A stretch of DNA of 62,841 nt, counting the filler, from Globobulimina sp. (taxonomy: Eukaryota), in assembly GCA_003354225.1 (NCBI GenBank). It is 22 parts of 22 records of this genome, joined end to end, with 100 filler letters (N's around TTAATTAATTAA, not from the genome) between each part and the next. Parts side by side here need not be neighbours in the genome. Positions count along the whole stretch, not along the records: positions 22,899 to 25,659 come from PIVH01005003.1; positions 25,760 to 28,520 come from PIVH01005004.1; positions 28,621 to 31,381 come from PIVH01005005.1; positions 31,482 to 34,242 come from PIVH01005006.1; positions 34,343 to 37,102 come from PIVH01005007.1; positions 37,203 to 39,962 come from PIVH01005008.1; 16 more parts are not named here. One strand, written 5' to 3'. The notes under the pieces are model-generated. The model ran no database searches. It saw nothing but the letters and a program-made list of their open reading frames with translations, and was not told where the DNA came from. The translations under genes were made by a program, and so were the position numbers. Shown piece by piece: positions 25,652 to 37,619 of this stretch; positions within the stretch are counted from its first letter, which is position 1, and each line of letters starts with the position of its first letter.

Positions 25652-25867
25652 GCAGGTATNNNNNNNNNNNNNNNNNNNNNNNNNNNNNNNNNNNNNNNNN
25701 NNNTTAATTAATTAANNNNNNNNNNNNNNNNNNNNNNNNNNNNNNNNNNNNNNNNNNNNACGGTAATATGGTTTATATCATAATTAGGACAATTGAGTGT
25801 ATATTAAATTATAATTTGTTTATAAAAAATAATATAAATAAAATAAAACTATATATGTATTACAGTA

Positions 25868-27191
25868 TTAGTGTATATTAATTGTATTTTTGAGCACAAT
25901 ACAGGGTAAAGCTGTCCTCCATTCAGGATATACTTTTCCACTCAAAAATAGCCACATATTGCCTAGAAACCCTTCATCAAAATAATTTCTATATTCATCA
26001 GTGAAATTAAACCATCTTTTTTTATTCCGTTTATTAGTCTTCTTTCGTAATTGAGGATTTTGTAATAATCTGCTCGATGCAGAGGATATATCGGAATCGT
26101 AATCATCATCTTTATTATCAATATCATCGTTTTTTAATTGTTTCCTTTTTTGTCTTTTAATATATCTTTTTTTCCTTTTTGTTTCGTCTTTGATGTACTG
26201 CTCAACACTTTGTGGTTTAATCATTTCATAAGTTGTCTGATTGGTACATCCCAAATAAATATGATATCCACACAACCCAAATGCTACAAAAACAACAAAA
26301 AATAATGCCACAAACAAAACTATACGAAAAAACCAACCAAGTCCGTCACGCTCAATAAGTGTCGTTTTATCATTATATTTCAGATGAAATAAAGTATTTA
26401 GACTGATATAATATGCCCATAATGCAACCATAGTTTGCGTAGACATAAAAAATACAAAAAATCTGTGATTATTGCTTGCCACACAATTGCCTATCATTGG
26501 GCAGTGATGATCTGTCAAAAAAAGTAATAGTAAAACAAGTGCTTCTTTTGTTTTCTAACTCGTACATATTGTACATACCGTATTTTATTACACAACGACC
26601 GCACTCATAACAATGTTTGCTTCGTATGGGTCGGATAAATTTACAACGCCAACAAAACTGCGATGGCGCATTCTTCGGATCGATGGTAATCTGACGGTTA
26701 TACTCTGGCACATAGGCAACAATATCATATGGATAATTTGCATCTATTTCTTCATTCTCAACCATTGATTTGCTGTTTCTGCCATAACTCGAATTGTTTA
26801 AAATATAATTTATATTTACATCCAGATATTTATAATCTTTTTCATTTTCACGTTGGTCTAAATCAATAGCCACTGAATCTCGCTGAAACATATCTAAATA
26901 TCCAGGATCTCGAAATGAGGCAATAAAATATGCAATGATGGAAACGGTTTGCAAGGAATGAAATGCAACATTGTAATAATATTGTTTTTCGTAAATACAT
27001 AGCATCAGCATTGAATCCGTAAATGTATACAATAATGTCGTTGCTAAGATATTCCAGAATACGTATTGAATTCGCATCGATACGCTTTTTAATCGAGCAT
27101 GTAATATCTCACGGTCAAGTTCACCTGATGGGGGATTGGTTATTGCTGTGTGTATGTCCTTACAAGGCTTACATAATCGGGTTAAACACAT
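25868..27191 (-). CDS. DHHC palmitoyltransferase, one intron
   Basis: CWRCKFIRPIRSKHCYECGRCVIKY|DHHCPMIGNCVASNNHRFF, plus DPG and NQTTYE motifs. Confidence 0.95.
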
Positions 27192-27299
27192 GCAGTGACT
27201 ATGATTCCTGAAAATGTATATCCCACTGCTACTGTATCATGTATGCTAGGTTTTGGGTAAAATAAACAGTAAAGTAGCGAAAACCACCTTATACAAACA

Positions 27300-28520
27300 A
27301 TGGCAAACGAAAGATTCAATTTAGTTCTGCAAATACGAGACTATAAAAAGAAAATGCCCAGAGAAGTAATTGACTCTCATGGCGACGAAATAATCGATGC
27401 TTTGGGTGGGGTGAGTGCCGTCTTGGAACATTTCTTATCAAATGCGCGATTTTTAAAAGCAAATCAAGTGTCATTGATTCATGAAATCTTAGAAAAGGCC
27501 AAAAATGAAAAAAACCCAAAACGTGGCTCGTTGGGACCAGGGCAACGCTTAAAACGTTCTGCTACTCAATATAACAAAAAACGTGCCCCATCCTTACCAC
27601 CCACACGTAATCGAAATGGTTTACTTCGCGGTGGCGGTAGAGGTCGTGGTCGAGGTCGAGGTCGCGGCCGTGGCAGAGGTAGAGGCAGGGGTCGCGGTAG
27701 GGGGCGCGGCAGAGGTCGAGGCCGAGGCAGAGGCAGAGGAGGGAGGGGCAGAGGTCGTGGCGGGGCCTCAATGCGTAACGGAGCACACAGCAATGACAGC
27801 GATGGCGATGACAGTTTAAACGACAGTGAAGAAGACAGTGACTCGTCCTCTTCCTCATCGGATGATCTCGCACCAAAAAGGAAAGTGAATACAAACTTAG
27901 GCGGATGGGGTACAAAAATCACCGCCGACACTACGTTTGATGGCGGCCCGAACCACGCGGCCATCGTCTCTCCAAACCCAGCTATGATGAAACGAAATTA
28001 CACCAAATTGCGCGAAGATAAGAAGCGTAGATATTCCATCTCTTCTATGACGAATTGGGACGACGAGCCTGGTCAAGTGGAGGCATCCTATGACTATTTC
28101 GCCAAATTACAAAACGAATTATCTATAAAAAAAGCCAAAACTCGCAGGAGGAGCATCAAACGCAGACGGTCGTTGGTCGGCGGCTTAGGCGCCGGCTTAA
28201 AAGCCCTGACCAAGGAAAGCAAAAAGAAAAAGAAACGGAAACAAGGCAGATCCGCCAGTATCGCCCACGCGGCGACGAGTATCAATGTGTTTGGCAGGAA
28301 GGGGTCGGATGAATTTATGGAACGACCGGTACCCAATTTCGAGAAGAAACACGTCAATGTCAGGAATGGCGGCGGCATCAAAAGGAGCAAGACCCCCAAT
28401 TTCAATGCGACAAAGAACGAGCGATATGCCGGCAGTAAGTCAGCAGCGCAGTTAGCGTGGGACAGGGAAGCCGGCGACGATGACGGTATGGACGAAGATT
28501 TGGATGCATATACCAAGAAT
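27300..28520 (+). CDS. Basic low-complexity protein with long (GR)n tract, 3' partial
   Basis: Continuous ORF of more than 400 aa with about 20 GR dipeptides encoded by varied codons. Confidence 0.7.
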
Positions 28521-28671
28521 NNNNNNNNNNNNNNNNNNNNNNNNNNNNNNNNNNNNNNNNNNNNTTAATTAATTAANNNNNNNNNNNNNNNNNNNNNNNN
28601 NNNNNNNNNNNNNNNNNNNNAATCTCGGCTAGAAGTGACTGTAAAGGTGACATGCTTTCGAATGTTTAACC

Positions 28672-28708
28672 TCCGAACTTAATTGGCAGTAGTCAATTCT
28701 AGTTCAGA
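28672..28708 (+). promoter_or_regulatory. IRE-like stem-loop about 40 nt upstream of the ferroportin ATG
   Basis: GAACT-T-AATTGG-[CAGTAG]-TCAATT-CT-AGTTC folds into a two-part stem with a CAGUAG loop. Confidence 0.35.
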
Positions 28709-28746
28709 TTGTGGTTTTTTTTACAAAAGCTAAAAGTGTTGTTTGC

Positions 28747-30460
28747 ATGATGGCACAGCAAAGGTTTGAACTGTATCACCTGAATGACCTGATTCGATTT
28801 TACAATCTACATCACATTGCAAAATCAAATAATAACAGCTCGGAAAACGTGTCGTTTTTCCCATTATATACGTCTCATTTTCTGCAAACATTTGGCGATC
28901 GATTATGGGCTGAGTATATACTATACATTAAATTGTTAAACATATATTGTTATATTTTAATAATTTTATAAACAGCAATTTGCACTTCCGATTCTATTTA
29001 CTGAAATCTATGATTATTCAATAATGCCACAAGCTATATTTGCATTTGCAACATATTCAGCAGTTTTCATAGCAATGCCAGCATTTGGTTCATGGATTGA
29101 TACAACAAAAAGATTGCACGTGATTACATTTACCATTTGTATACAAAATCTTTGTACTATTACATCCTGCATCTTATTATATATGATAGCTCTGTCATTC
29201 CCGCAAAATCCAAACGTTGACATCGAATTTGCTTTATTATTTGCTGGGTGTCTCATATCATCAATGCTTGGCCAAATAATGGGAATGGGGGCAACATTGT
29301 CGTTGGAAAAGGATTGGGTGGCCGTCCTATGCCAAAATAATAAATCATTATTAACAACAATCAATGGTCGAATGCGTCGCATCGATTTATTTTGCAAGTT
29401 AATGGCGCCTGCTTTGTTCGGTGTTGTTACTCAATATTTAGGTCAGAATCCGGAGCAAAAAGTTCGATATGGCGCTGCATGGATTATGGTGTGGAATATT
29501 ATCTGTTTATTCTTAGAATATTATAATATTCGAAGGGTATATCGAGCAAATCCTATATTGATAACCACTGCATTAAGAGGTCAACAACAACAGCAACAGC
29601 AATACGCAGCTTATGGTAGTGTTGCAAGTGCAGAAAAGGATGAATTTGAGGATGGACCAAAACCAACAAAAGTGCATGAAGCTGCAGCTGGAGCATCGTT
29701 ATTGACAAATCAAGCAATGGTTAGAGGAAAGAAACAAAATAATATGACAAAATTGTTTGATGGATGGTCATTTTATATACGATCCGAGATATTATGGCCA
29801 TCTTTGGTATATTGCATGTTGTATCTGAGTATATTGGATGGTGGGAGCGTAGTTACTGCATATTTAAGAACGGAGGGGATAAGCTATGCAGTTTTAGGTG
29901 TTACAAAAGGAGTTGGTGCTTTATTTGGCATCGTAGGTACATTATTAACACCACTTTTAGCAAATTCATGTGGATTGCAATTGGAATTAATTGGAGTGTT
30001 TACAATATGGTTGTTTTGGCTCTGTTTATTCCCGGCAGGGATACAATTCTTTGCAGAAAAGGTACTGGATACAGATGTATTTTCTGCCAGCATTAGTATC
30101 GATGATTCATATGTTTTATTATTTTGTATGATCATCGCACGATGTGGTTTATGGGCATTTGATTTGGTGGAAAATCAATTAATGCAAGAAAGAGTGGAAC
30201 CAAATGTAAGAGCTCAAGTCAATGGCTTTCAAGTGTCTCTGTCGCAACTATTGTTTATATTTGTGGCTGTTTTAGCTATGCTATTTAGTCAAACGTCGCA
30301 ATTTTATATTTTAGTGTTTATTACATTAGGAAATATATTTGTGGCATGTATTGTATATACATTATGGTATTCTTGTAGTTGTTGTCGAAGAGTAAATGTG
30401 CTACAACACACAGATAAAAATCAATATGATACATTAGGAGCTTCAGACAGTGGTTTATAA
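28747..30460 (+). CDS. SLC40A1: Ferroportin (SLC40 iron exporter), one GC-AG intron (28909-28975)
   Basis: LYTSHFLQTFGDRLW|QFA, LEKDWV, INGRMRRIDLFCKLMAP and ARCGLWAFDL...QLMQE.V...R..VNG.Q. Confidence 0.92.
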
Positions 30461-30504
30461 TAACTTATGTAATATGTTATATTTATTTATCATGTAATAT
30501 TGAT

Positions 30505-31020
30505 TCAATTCAACAAAATAGAAATTATTTCCTTCATTTTTGACTCTGTTAAACCATCGGATAAACTGGTTCTAACAAAATGTCCTTTCATTACTTTTGC
30601 AGTTTGAGCCGTCGAATCTAGCTCTATATCATCAACAGCACACCACGCAGATATTTTCACTTTTGAATTGTTGATGTATTGCTCAATTTGAAATGTTCTG
30701 TGTTTTTTTACAGTTGTTGTGTCTCCGATATATGCGGATTTAACATTGATGCCAATTGCTTCCAGTTTTTCCCACAGTATTTTCTTTGAGAATTCTCTTA
30801 ATCGCCAGGACGACGACAATACAATTTTGCAATTAGTAGCATCAATGATATTCTTTAATCGTTTTAACCGGATTTCTGGTAGAAAATGCTTTGTATTTGT
30901 ACTAGATTCTATATTTGGAAGCGTATTTAATACGCCATCAATGTCTAAAAAGAGGATCTTAATGCTGCAGTCTTGTTTCTTTTCTTCTGTAGAGTTTTGT
31001 AGATTCAGTTGTTGAGCCAT
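30505..31020 (-). CDS. HAD-superfamily protein (HAD_SAK_2-like)
   Basis: ILFLDIDGVLN, KIVLSSSWR, AVDD and GLT motifs. Confidence 0.82.
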   Translation of the reverse strand: MAQQLNLQNSTEEKKQDCSIKILFLDIDGVLNTLPNIESSTNTKHFLPEIRLKRLKNIIDATNCKIVLSSSWRLREFSKKILWEKLEAIGINVKSAYIGDTTTVKKHRTFQIEQYINNSKVKISAWCAVDDIELDSTAQTAKVMKGHFVRTSLSDGLTESKMKEIISILLN

Positions 31021-31743
31021 TAGAGTTTTCCTATTTGACCTTGATTTTGCTCATGATCAACTTTTTTTAATTGAAACTGTAAATAAAGATCGTACTGTAT
31101 TATAAATAAGGAATATACGAACATTTACTTAAGATTTTTCTCTAACAAGGGCGACTACAGGAGGCTGATTCCCCAAGAACTGGCTACAAGTCGTTTACAG
31201 TGTTTTAATAGTGTGAAGGTGAAACAATAAAAATCAGCAAACATACTAAGGGAATGTTGGTAAATTACGTAATTAAAATTTGACGCTAGCTCCTAGGGCC
31301 CATCTCAATTGCAACAAATTGTAACAACTTCAAACTTTTTTTCTTTGAGGATTGTAAAGGAGTTGAAGAAGATTTTTCACANNNNNNNNNNNNNNNNNNN
31401 NNNNNNNNNNNNNNNNNNNNNNNNNTTAATTAATTAANNNNNNNNNNNNNNNNNNNNNNNNNNNNNNNNNNNNNNNNNNNNAATCGGATTCGATGATTTG
31501 ACACAAAACAACTTATCGGATTAACCAAATTTGTACATGTTTATGGTCTCAATGTGCAATGCCAAATCGTCGATCCATCACTACATCCTCCTGTCAGGAT
31601 AACTAAACTCTTTAGAACATGAATAATTTGAAACGGAAATGGTGATCACTTTCTCTTTAGTTTCCAAATAAATTATGTTTCAACAAAAAGAATGTTCTAG
31701 TCGTCAAAAAAAACGATCGAAAACTTCAAGCAACTGATAGATA

Positions 31744-32610
31744 ATGACAGAGTTTCAGCAAACAAAAGAGAAACGAGGTCCAAATATTCTGCTCAGTGTA
31801 ACAGGGAGTGTTGCTGCCATCAAAACAGTGGATATTTGCAAGGAATTAAAAAAGCAAATTGAAGGAGTAAACATAAAGTATGCATATATGATGAACATAT
31901 TAATATGTTATACTAATGCATATCCAATGTGTGTTTGATTGTGTTGACACAGGATTTGCACTACAAAATCTGGAAAGCATTTTATTGATTTATTTGGAAT
32001 AAAGGAAATTGAAAATGAGCTGAAAATTGAAATCTATGAAGATGACTCGGAATGGAACAGTTGGAATAAGAGAGGAGATGTTGTGCTTCATATTGAATTA
32101 AGAAAATGGGCGGATATTCTAATTATAGCTCCTTTGTCTGCAAACACTTTGGCTAAAATATCAAATGGAATTTGTGATAATTTATTTTGCTGCGTATTTA
32201 GAGCCTGGAATTTTGATAATAAACACGTTATTGTTGCACCTGCAATGAACACACAAATGTGGAAGAATCCATTCACAAACCAACACTTAACAACATTGAA
32301 AAATATGTTTGGGAATAAATTGAATATTATTCAACCAATATCAAAGAAATTAATGTGCAATGATATTGGTAAAGGCGCTATGGCTACGCCTCAAACAATT
32401 GTTCATATCACACGAGAAATATTGAATGAGAAAAAATCGGTATTTTCGAGCCGTACATTTGGTACAATTGATACTACAATGTTTATTATTGGATTATTTT
32501 GTGTCACTGCTTTTGTGTTCAAAGGTTGGAATGGCAATGACCAAACAACTGATGCAAATAATACAAATAACACAAATTGGGAGTGGTTTTCCTTGCCATT
32601 GTCATCTTAG
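31744..32610 (+). CDS. PPCDC: Phosphopantothenoylcysteine decarboxylase (HFCD flavoprotein), one intron, C-terminal TM tail
   Basis: VTGSVAAIK, LHIELRKWAD, APLSANTLAKISNGICDNL, PAMNTQMW and KKLMCNDIGKGAM. Confidence 0.92.
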
Positions 32611-32665
32611 CATTTTTTGAAGTGTCAACAATAGCAGAAACAAGTTCCCAATCAACAGCAGAAAC

Positions 32666-33526
32666 ATGTCAGACAAAGCTGGACAAACTGCGGACATTCC
32701 TCCTGATGATAATGCACCTAAATGGCCGTATGTACTGGTACCCATTTTGGGAAACACTCTTAAATACACACTCTTAAATACATAACTATATCTTTACAGT
32801 GAACCTTGGGGCCAAGTTGCTCGACATTTGCAGCAACATTGTGAGGATGGTGAAACATTGGACATTTATCAAATGTGTGGTTTTATGGCATATAATTGTG
32901 AATCCAGTTGTAAACGGTATTTTTATTATATAAAAGCAATTTGTTGCGGTTTATTTCAAACTGTAGGATTAGTAATTTTTGTTTGGAATTCCATCAAGCA
33001 AACAGAGAAAGGAATTTGTGAAGGGAATGGCGAATGGGATGTTAGGATTATTGCAACCATCGCTACTGCGTATATCACATTGACATTGGGCAGTATGGTA
33101 CAATCCATTGACCATCAAGGTTTATATGAATTCGATGGCTGGAATTCGGAGATAGTGCCACCATTTATCAGTCCGCTATGGCTATATATTGGATTATATA
33201 TCAATTATTTCTCATTGATTGGTGCCATTATTGGCTCGTTCATTGTAATATATTCCAGTGAGTCTCCATTGGATGTTGTTTTAAATGCGGTAGCTTTGTT
33301 TTTTGTGGTGGAGATGGATGATTTGATGGTGGATGAGATGGATTATGAACGGATAGTTGATTTCTTTTGTTTAGATTATAATTCAAGTAATTACAATGAG
33401 CCACATCAACAAACACAATGTCAATCAGTATTTACACATTGCATGGGCTTTTTTATTATAGCAGTTGTATTTGTTGTTATGTTGGTTGCAATCTCTGCTC
33501 CTTTTTATATGTGTATTTGTTATTAG
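32666..33526 (+). CDS. Multi-pass membrane protein of unknown function, one intron (about 32728-32799)
   Basis: MSDKAGQ...KWP|EPWGQ splice restores the frame; DVVLNAVALFFVVEMDD motif and about five TM segments. Confidence 0.7.
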
Positions 33527-33600
33527 AAGTTTTCATATTATCTTGTTCTCCTAAAGTCCTACAGTGTAATGAGTGTATTTCATAAATATACTGTCATTTC

Positions 33601-34242
33601 ATGGAGAGTGCGTGTACGCTTTTGTCAGATCTTTTGGATTTGTGTGAAGACATAGAATGTAAATCATGTGCATTAGAACATACATATATTTTACCATCAC
33701 ATTCAAATTCAATGTGTCAAGATCCAGAAAGTATCACTGGGCTTTATGATGACATGTTTGTTTCCAAATGGAAATTTATTCAATGTTTATTAACAAATTA
33801 TACTAAAACTATTCAAGAATTAAATAAGGATTTATCAAATATCAATAAAACAAAATGGATATCATGTCATATATCAGAATTAATTGAAACAATATACAGT
33901 GCAAAAAACAGCGACTCAAATGATTATTATTCCGACAAAACAGATTTTGAATCATTGAAATTTATATTGCAATGGTTATCAATTCATCATTTTAATGATA
34001 TATTCAAATTATTTTTCACTCGAACGTTACCAAAATGCATTGAAATAGCACTAAATATGCCATTGTTATTCCCATCAAATCAACTCAAATGGCAATGGAA
34101 AACAAATACAAACACAATATTTCATGAACAATTTATTACATTTTCTCCAATGCAATGTTTATGTTTATTGATTCATATGTTTTTCAATACAGTTTGCAGA
34201 GTGCAAAATGTACATAAATATTGGACTAATTTTGATATTTAT
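33601..34242 (+). CDS. PARG: Poly(ADP-ribose) glycohydrolase-like, 3' partial
   Basis: FFTRTLPKCIEIALNMPLLFP and ITFSPMQCLCLLIHMFFNT...NF resemble the helical region that precedes the PARG catalytic loop. Confidence 0.65.
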
Positions 34243-34446
34243 NNNNNNNNNNNNNNNNNNNNNNNNNNNNNNNNNNNNNNNNNNNNTTAATTAATTAANN
34301 NNNNNNNNNNNNNNNNNNNNNNNNNNNNNNNNNNNNNNNNNNTTGGAACATGCCCGATTGCAAATTCAAAAAAAATGTAAAGAATACAGCAGAAAAAATA
34401 AAGAGTGAAGATCCATATATAGGATGTATACAAAGTACAAAAGCGA

Positions 34447-36861
34447 TCATAGTTCAACGTTAACGATAATTTCTTTAACAACAACACCACCTTTTGCAGC
34501 ATTTATATTTTTCACCACTTCCTTATATTCATCTGGTGCATTTTGCCATGGTGGCGGATTAAACACAGATTCAATATTTCCACTGCCCTCAATGTTACAA
34601 CCTTTACAAATAAATCCGAGCGAGTGCACCGTGGAAAGACAATCATGTTTAAATTCCCTATGAAAATATACGATAACCAGAGCCCAAAATAGTATGAGAC
34701 AAACCCAACCACCAACACTCACATTGCTTACCCCCAACACTGCCACGCCTTCTTTCACAGCTTCCGCTAATTCGATATTTCTTGCGATCAACACATAGCT
34801 ACCAACACCGCTCAAAAATATACCTAAACATAGCAATAAATGAGCAATAAACAGCACACCCTCCGCTGCAGCAAAATAATTTTCTATCTTCACCTCTTTC
34901 TCAACTTCTTCTATTTGCTTATTCAGCAACAACTCATTGACATGACTTTCGTCGCACAATGCATCCCAATGTTCTTCTCGCAGCGTATTTAACTTTTCAT
35001 CCAACTGTTTCTGATGCGCAATAACTCGCCGTTGTGCCCCGGGGTCAGTCGGCTCAGAAAATAGCGACTTACAAAACTCAGCACAGCCACGAAAGTCTCG
35101 CATTTGCAGCCATTGCACTTCTTGCGCAAACTGCTCATTTTGCTCTAAATCCTGGACTCGATACGCTTGGATAACATCAAAATATTTGCTCCCTAACTGA
35201 TAACAATCATTTTTCCAGCCTTCGTGGGTCGGAACATATCCTTTCGAGTAAAAGTATTGCACAGTCGACCATTTTTCCAACGAGGTCCAGAATGAAACAG
35301 TGCCAGAGGACGCCAACAATTCTTTAGCGCCCCACGAAGAAGCAATCATTTGCCATAAACTCGTAATCATAATTACCAAAGGAATGGCATCTTCCGCCCA
35401 CTCAAAATTCTTCACCGCCTCACTGCCAAACGAAGGGATGGCCAAAATGGTACCCAATGAAACCAGACCGATGGCGTTGGGAATCGATGCGTATTCACTC
35501 CAAAATTGTGTACAAAAGGCCATATCCATTCGACCCTGATTCAAGCCATTGGCAGTGTCCATAAATACTTGTCCGACCACGCCGACTTTAAACCAATTTG
35601 CTGTTTTCAGGATCGAGTCAGTGGCGGCCAACATAGTGGGCGGTAAGCTCTTATTTGCCCAGATTTGCACTGCCGGAATTTTGCCAACATAATATTGAGC
35701 ACAGCTGCCGCTAAAATGTAGACAGATGGTGAGAACCAAAGAGGCAATGAAGGCAGCTTCAATGCTCGTATTCTCATTGTTGACGAATAAGGAAACAAAC
35801 AGGAAACCGGCACAGACATCCACCACACTGCCAGGCGCCAAAGGCGTGATCATGATGACATGCGCAATGATGATGAATATGATCATCGCTGCCCAGGTCC
35901 CCAAACTTTCAGAGGAACGCGACGCGTCGCCAAATAACGACAGTATGATACTGCCCATGATCACAAAAAATAGTACCACCACAACCATAATGTATACGAT
36001 GATTTTGAACACTTGGTTTTTATTTCGGCGTTGGTGCCACGACCATATGCATTTATATTTGCGATCCTGAGGTGTGGATGGTGGTGGTTCTAAGCAACGC
36101 GCAAAATATAAAAATACTGCACCCACCACGCTCATATATAAGATGGCAATGACCCACGAGTTATGAGCGCTGAAATACGACACACGCTCCCAATATCCCA
36201 TGATGCAGCACAGGAACAAGGCGGCACAGGTTATGGTTACGAAGCGTGTGATGTAGCGGACACCTTTTTGGTTTGCATTTTTGCGAAATTGCGGTGTAGA
36301 AATTCATGTATGCACATACCGTGTTCGTCGGGGTTTAATAGTGGACAGTTATCGATTAATACGGAGTCATCCCAATCACAATCGGATTGCACATCGGATA
36401 ATTCTAAAAGGATGAAGTCAAACAAAGCTAATAAGAAAAAGGCGCCAATTAAAGGATATCTCCAACGGTGGAACCATGCAGTCATAGATTCGAATTTGTT
36501 GCGGTGGTTTACTTCGGCGACAACAATGCAAAACAGCATAAAACAACCAAATGCGACATAAAATCTCCATACGTAGGCATCCCATGATACTGCTAGTGCT
36601 ACGACTAAAAATGAGGCGATTAGCAATAATAAACAGGCCAGGTCTACGACGTAATATGCTGCGTCACGTGGCATGGTTACGCCAAATAGGGTGAGTGTGG
36701 CTGGGTTGCCGTTAGTTTGTGAGACGGATCGTGCTGGTTCTTCAGTGTTGGTGTCGATACTATGTATGTCGGATATGGATATGGATATGCATCTGCTTTG
36801 TGATTAATGCAGAATATATAGACTTTATATACTTATTGGAAACAACATCTGTTCCGTTCAT
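34447..36861 (-). CDS. Large multi-pass membrane protein with VTT/DedA (SNARE-associated)-like domain
   Basis: An intron at about 36264-36319 joins the two ORFs; ITPLAPGSVVDVCAGFLF motif. A possible short first exon from the ATG at 36861 is uncertain. Confidence 0.65.
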
Positions 36862-37202
36862 TTTGCGTGTTGTATATTAGATTCGTCTGCGTATTGTTTA
36901 TTAGAGGTGTTAGGATGATGATTTGGAGTGTGGTTTTTTTACTTTAGTAAGTTGATGATGACTAGCTCACTTCAAAAAAACTTAATATGATGGTTCACGT
37001 TATAGCCTCATTATTGATTGATTGATATTTTATCCATGTTATCCATATTATGTATTTTATACGTTCTTTTTGTTTTTTTGTTTTTTTGTTTTTTGAGACA
37101 TGNNNNNNNNNNNNNNNNNNNNNNNNNNNNNNNNNNNNNNNNNNNNTTAATTAATTAANNNNNNNNNNNNNNNNNNNNNNNNNNNNNNNNNNNNNNNNNN
37201 NN

Positions 37203-37287
37203 AGGTTGCTACGTCTACTGCTTCCAATTGCATTTCATCGCTCATATCTGATACTTTAATCACTGCTGTTTTTTTTTCGCCGGACAT
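37203..37287 (-). CDS. DYNLL: Dynein light chain LC8, 5' fragment
   Basis: MSGEKKTAVIKVSDMSDEMQLEAVDVAT matches the LC8 N-terminus (AVIKxxDMSxEMQxxAV); cut by the contig edge. Confidence 0.85.
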
Positions 37288-37619
37288 CTTCGATTTTGAT
37301 AGTTTTTATATGTTCTTCGATCTATGCTGTGATTAATTTTATAACTTTGAAAACGAATAGAAGATAACAAATTTTTTGTGATTATTTTATTTTAATGTGA
37401 CGTAATATTTCATCAAATAATTTTGAATTATGATCATCAATATGCAAATTGTTAAAATGATTTATTTGAATTGATTATTGAATTGATTATACATTATTTG
37501 TAGGATATTTTGATACGGACGAATTGGAATGGATCATCAGTTGATTCTACATTTCATATTGTGTTTTTGTATAAATTTTAGGACATTAATTCTTCACTAC
37601 AAAAATCGTTCGACACGTC

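Noticed and set aside
36219-36319. Frameshift between ORFs 34447-36219 and 36237-36674
   Set aside because: Explained by a GT-AG intron at about 36264-36319.
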